From the NCBI GenBank assembly GCA_018304465.1, contig JAGVWC010000010.1, positions 32,001-96,000 of the forward strand: 64,000 nucleotides of DNA, written 5' to 3'. This document shows, piece by piece, positions 60,561-64,000 of this stretch; position 1 is the stretch's first letter; every line of letters begins with the position of its first letter. The notes under the pieces are model-generated. The model was not told where the DNA came from, ran no database searches, and saw only the letters and a list, made by a program, of their open reading frames with translations. The stretch comes from Candidatus Iainarchaeum sp. (GTDB lineage: Archaea; Iainarchaeota; Iainarchaeia; Iainarchaeales; JAGVWC01). A program made the translations under genes and the position numbers.

Positions 60561-61136
60561 TCATTCCCTGTGTTTGAACACTAGCCCGTAGTGGTGCGGG
60601 GGTAAATCGTATTTTTTGTGGAGTGTTAGCCCTGCTTTTTTTGCCCATTGTATTATTTGTTCTGGTTTTGGTCGGATTTGCATTGGTGGGCCTCTTGGCG
60701 TGGTGGGGTCGTAATTCCAGTGTATTACTGCAACAGTTCCGTTTGGGTTCAGTATTCTGCTGGCTTCGACTAGCAAGCCAACGGGGTTTTCGCCGTGCAG
60801 GATGTTGAATAGTAAGACATGCTGGACTGAATTGTCTTTGAGGCCAGTGCCGTTTCTTGAAACATCTCTTTTGAGCGTTTTAATGTTTTTCAGGTTTTTT
60901 TGTCTTGCTTGCGCTTTTAGGCGTTCAATCATTTCTGGGTCTATCTCGATTGCGAACACCGTTTCCTTAGTTCTTCTTGCTGCTGGAATGGTGAAGGTTC
61001 CATAGCCACTTCCGACATCGACTATGTGGCCTTCTTTTACCCCCAAAGTTTCAAGTATTTTTCGGGGTTTGAAGAATTTTTTCCAATGGTGTTCTTGCGG
61101 CATTCCGCTTTCTCTATACTTTGGGATTATGATCAC
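60561..61136 (-). CDS. Class I SAM-dependent methyltransferase
   Basis: RESGMP, VDVGSGYGTF, ILNPNG, TPRGPP. Confidence 0.85.
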   Translation of the reverse strand: MIIIPKYRESGMPQEHHWKKFFKPRKILETLGVKEGHIVDVGSGYGTFTIPAARRTKETVFAIEIDPEMIERLKAQARQKNLKNIKTLKRDVSRNGTGLKDNSVQHVLLFNILHGENPVGLLVEASRILNPNGTVAVIHWNYDPTTPRGPPMQIRPKPEQIIQWAKKAGLTLHKKYDLPPHHYGLVFKHRE

Positions 61137-61456
61137 CCGACTGTGAGTATTTTGTCTGAGTCTTCAACCAGATTAAGCAAATCTTTCATTGTTGAAATCG
61201 GGCAGACATTGCTTCCTTCCTTGTGCCTTGACTGGAGGCAGGTGCCGCAGGCCAATATTTTGCCCTTGTTCTGGATGAATGCGGTAATTTGTTCTTTCAC
61301 ACCATATTTTTCGTTTTCGGTATCTTCGGCTTCAACGCCCTCGTTTATGAGAAAAACCGTTACGCCATGATTTGCTTTGAGGGCAGTCACTCCGAACCTG
61401 AACGCGTTCCAGGCTTTTTCAGGTTCTTTAGTGCTTAAAACAATGCCAACTTTCAT
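61133..61456 (-). CDS. DsrE/DsrF-like protein
   Basis: VFLINEGV, ACGTCL, DKILT. Confidence 0.88.
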   Translation of the reverse strand: MKVGIVLSTKEPEKAWNAFRFGVTALKANHGVTVFLINEGVEAEDTENEKYGVKEQITAFIQNKGKILACGTCLQSRHKEGSNVCPISTMKDLLNLVEDSDKILTVG

Positions 61457-61953
61457 TTTTTCCCATCCTTTCTTTTGAATAGCAAATAAATGTTGAGCGC
61501 AATTGACGCCACCAGCAGCAACCAAAAAACAAGGTTATCCAAATAAAACGGGTTTTGCCAATAGCCTCCCAGCCCTGTTGCCCATTGCATCATCCAAGGC
61601 CCCATCATTCCCGGCCCCGTTGAGCCTATGCTTGAGCCATTGAAGCAGTGCAAATAGCTCTTGCCCATAGAAATATGCACGGCTTGCAAGGATTCAGACC
61701 CCTCGCCACCAAGCATAGCATCCATTGTTTCATGCGCCGCACCTGGATGCATTTGCTCCATTAAAGAATCTCCCAATTCTTCAAACTGAAGGTCGCTTAC
61801 CTTGCCGCAATTGATTTGACTGGCATTTGATATTCCTTGCGTGGACATTATTTCCGAGAAAACGGTTTCAACGCTTGGAATGCTTTCCGCGGCAAAAACG
61901 CCTAAAGAAAACAACAACAAAAACAACAAATTGGCAGCAGCCAACTTTTTCAT
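61453..61953 (-). CDS. Secreted/membrane Met-His-rich hypothetical protein
   Basis: Signal peptide, MEQMH...HETMD.M.GG...H, C-terminal TM. Confidence 0.65.
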   Translation of the reverse strand: MKKLAAANLLFLLLFSLGVFAAESIPSVETVFSEIMSTQGISNASQINCGKVSDLQFEELGDSLMEQMHPGAAHETMDAMLGGEGSESLQAVHISMGKSYLHCFNGSSIGSTGPGMMGPWMMQWATGLGGYWQNPFYLDNLVFWLLLVASIALNIYLLFKRKDGKK

Positions 61954-62273
61954 TTTACCACCCCGCGAACCATTTTCTGCCTGCTTTGAATCTGTTCAAG
62001 CAAAACCTCGCGAATCAGGTTGCACGCCTTCACCATTTTGGGAAAAGCGATTTTGTAATAAACCGCAGTGCCGTCTTTCCTGCTTGCAATAACCTCTTTC
62101 AGTCTCAGGATGGCGAGATGCTGCGAAAGATTCGCCTGCCTCAGGCCAGTTTGTTTGGCAAGCTCGGAAACAGATTTCTCGCCCTCGCCAAGCAAATAAA
62201 GGATTTTCAAGCGTTTTTTATCCGCCAGCGTCTTGCACAACTCTGCATGCATGCCAAATAAATCGTCATTCAT
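61950..62273 (-). CDS. ArsR/SmtB family regulator
   Basis: KTLAD.KRLKIL...SVSELA...NLSQHLAILR...G..VYY. Confidence 0.92.
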   Translation of the reverse strand: MNDDLFGMHAELCKTLADKKRLKILYLLGEGEKSVSELAKQTGLRQANLSQHLAILRLKEVIASRKDGTAVYYKIAFPKMVKACNLIREVLLEQIQSRQKMVRGVVK

Positions 62274-62322
62274 ATATTCAAATATACGAATACAACAATA
62301 TTTAAAACATAATGTGTGCGGA

Positions 62323-62334
62323 TCAGTTCGCCCA
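62323..62334 (-). repeat. 12-nt exact copy of the 3' part (guide plus box D) of the C/D sRNA
   Basis: tcagttcgccca identical to 57915-57926; short, supported by intergenic position. Confidence 0.55.
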
Positions 62335-62398
62335 ACTGCTCCGAAAGACGAAGAATTATTTACATTTCTTAAGTTCTTGAGAATGCGCTTTTGGGCAG

Positions 62399-63478
62399 TT
62401 AAGGAAAATTTACTGGTGTACGATATCCTGCCGTGACAAAGACAAGTTCTATTTGTGCCTCACCGTATTGGTTAAACACAATTGGCCCGGCAACTCCATT
62501 TATTTTCAGTTCCTGAACAGTGCCCTTTGTTATCTGCTTTTTGACAAGTGCATCCAAAACTAACATAAGATCATAGCCATAATGCGCAACAAAATCCGGC
62601 TCCGAGCCGTATTGGCTTTTGAAAGCAGCCCTAAATTGCTCCGCTTTTCCAGATTCAACTAATGCAGATGGAACCAACGAATAAACTTCTCCAAGCAGCC
62701 CCTTGGCGTTTTCCTGGACAAAGTTGCTTTGAATATCTTCTGTGGAAACCACCGGAATATTTTCCATTCCCAATTCTGACCTTTGCTTTAAAAAATTCAA
62801 AGCATGCGGAGGATAACCCAGAAAAAAGATTGCGTCCGGGTTTGTGGCTTTTATTTTGCTAAGTGTTGTTCTAAAATCAGTTTGTGATAACTGGTAATTT
62901 TCTTGAATAAGAATCTCTCCCCTGAATTCATCTTTAAACTTTTTTTGCATTGCCTGACCAAACTCATCCTGAATTATCAGAAGCGCAACTTTTTGATATT
63001 GTTTTTTATCCAAAAAATTAACAATTTTGGAAATCTGGTCACTTGGAAGCGGATACATCAGGAAGGCATATTCGCTCTTTCGCGTGTATTCAGATGGATC
63101 CAAGGAAGTCAAAGCTGCAAATACCGGAATGCTGTGCTGTTCCGCAATCGGAAGAATCGGGGAAACATGAAGCGCCTGGATTGTCAATATGACACCGGCT
63201 TGATTTGAGTCAATAAGATTGTTCAATGCAGTAACAGCTTCTTTTGGGTCTGTTTTTGTGTCTTCAATATGCAAAGCCAAATCTGAATTGTTTAAATCTT
63301 TCTGGGCAAGTTCCATTCCTCGAAAAAAATCCTGCCCAAGCGAAGCAGCGGGTCCAGTCTGTGGAATCAAGACAGCAATATTTAATTTTTCCTGCGAATC
63401 AGGTTCATTATTTTGGACACATCCGCTAAAAGCAACTATTGCCACAGTCAATACAAGCAGTAGAAAACCTGTTTTCAT
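62399..63478 (-). CDS. LivK-like (branched-chain amino acid type) substrate-binding lipoprotein
   Basis: Lipobox FSGC; PQTGPAA..G, EDT, DEFG, TDFRT.L.KIK, YGYD; no cognate permease in window. Confidence 0.85.
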   Translation of the reverse strand: MKTGFLLLVLTVAIVAFSGCVQNNEPDSQEKLNIAVLIPQTGPAASLGQDFFRGMELAQKDLNNSDLALHIEDTKTDPKEAVTALNNLIDSNQAGVILTIQALHVSPILPIAEQHSIPVFAALTSLDPSEYTRKSEYAFLMYPLPSDQISKIVNFLDKKQYQKVALLIIQDEFGQAMQKKFKDEFRGEILIQENYQLSQTDFRTTLSKIKATNPDAIFFLGYPPHALNFLKQRSELGMENIPVVSTEDIQSNFVQENAKGLLGEVYSLVPSALVESGKAEQFRAAFKSQYGSEPDFVAHYGYDLMLVLDALVKKQITKGTVQELKINGVAGPIVFNQYGEAQIELVFVTAGYRTPVNFP

Positions 63479-63510
63479 GCATTTACAATATTATTTTTTA
63501 AATTTAAAAA

Positions 63511-63642
63511 TCCCTCGGTGCGCCCAGCTTTCGTCATCGCCGTCACGTCCGGCGCGTACGGGCACTAGCGCACTACGTTCGATAGGGCTGCTTGCTGCGC
63601 CTTTAGACCGACTCAGAGTCATCCTCAGTTCATCATCGGCCA
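63511..63642 (-). ncRNA. Second, diverged C/D-like copy with 75-nt structured insert between D' and C'
   Basis: 5' 30 nt match 57947-57976 at 28/30; C ATGATGA, D' CTGA, C' ATGACGA, guide AAGCTGGGCGCA, D variant CCGA. Confidence 0.7.
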
Positions 63643-63694
63643 GTAGTCTATAGGTAATACAAAAGGAATTTAAAGAAACAAACAGAAAATGGGT

Positions 63695-64000
63695 TCATGC
63701 TATTTCGGCGGGTACTCTTTTGGGAACGCCAGATGGGCGAATTCTTTCTCGTGTTTCGATGGATGCAAGCAGAGAGTCCAGTGCTTGTTGTCCTTGGGCC
63801 GTTTTTCCTTTGAAGAACTTGTGATATGCGTGTCTGGCAAAAAAGTAGGTGTCCCAAAACTCTTTGTTTCGTAAAAAAGACTGAACTATTTCTCTGTCGG
63901 GATATGCCCGCAAAAAGTAGTATGGGTTTTGGGTGAATCGAATGAATTTTCCCAAATCCATTTCCGCAATTCCCAATTTTATTGTAAGGTCGTCAATCAT
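63695..64000 (-). CDS. Hypothetical protein, probably 5'-truncated by window edge
   Basis: Open frame to the end of window. Confidence 0.45.
   Translation of the reverse strand: MIDDLTIKLGIAEMDLGKFIRFTQNPYYFLRAYPDREIVQSFLRNKEFWDTYFFARHAYHKFFKGKTAQGQQALDSLLASIETRERIRPSGVPKRVPAEIA

Noticed and set aside
57910-63642. Repeats as a CRISPR array, hammerhead ribozyme or classical attC sites
   Set aside because: Spacing is kilobases and irregular with no cas genes. CUGANGA is present but lacks a properly closed stem II and GAAA. No RYYYAAC/GTTRRRY ends. Box C/D architecture explains the sequence better.

Overview
Chromosomal segment of an archaeon. Evidence: group II chaperonin, Sec61beta, intron-containing tRNA-Leu, archaeal-type SSB and IleRS, KaiC-like ATPases and TATA-type promoters. 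The gene mix and many short basic orphans suggest a DPANN lineage such as Iainarchaeota/Micrarchaeota (inference only). A backbone of housekeeping and envelope genes is interrupted by accessory blocks: (i) 13.5-18.1 kb, an intein-containing HerA-like ATPase, a wHTH gene with phased palindromes and a free-standing LAGLIDADG endonuclease; (ii) 22.1-32.8 kb, a defence island with a coupled hsdM-TIR-hsdS-hsdR-EVE-like-Zn-ribbon operon plus PIN, ArdC-like and HNH genes; (iii) 32.8-35.3 kb, a VOC/DHFR-like cluster; (iv) 57.9-64 kb, AT-richer accessory genes punctuated by four direct-repeat copies or fragments of a box C/D guide sRNA. The fourth block is the strongest candidate for an undescribed system: a C/D sRNA gene acting as integration hotspot or cassette boundary. 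Features absent from the ORF track include three tRNAs (one a rare tRNA-Ile with UAU anticodon), a 42-aa ultra-acidic peptide gene, a probable Doc antitoxin and several small-deletion pseudogenes. All family calls come from motif recognition by eye; no database search was run.
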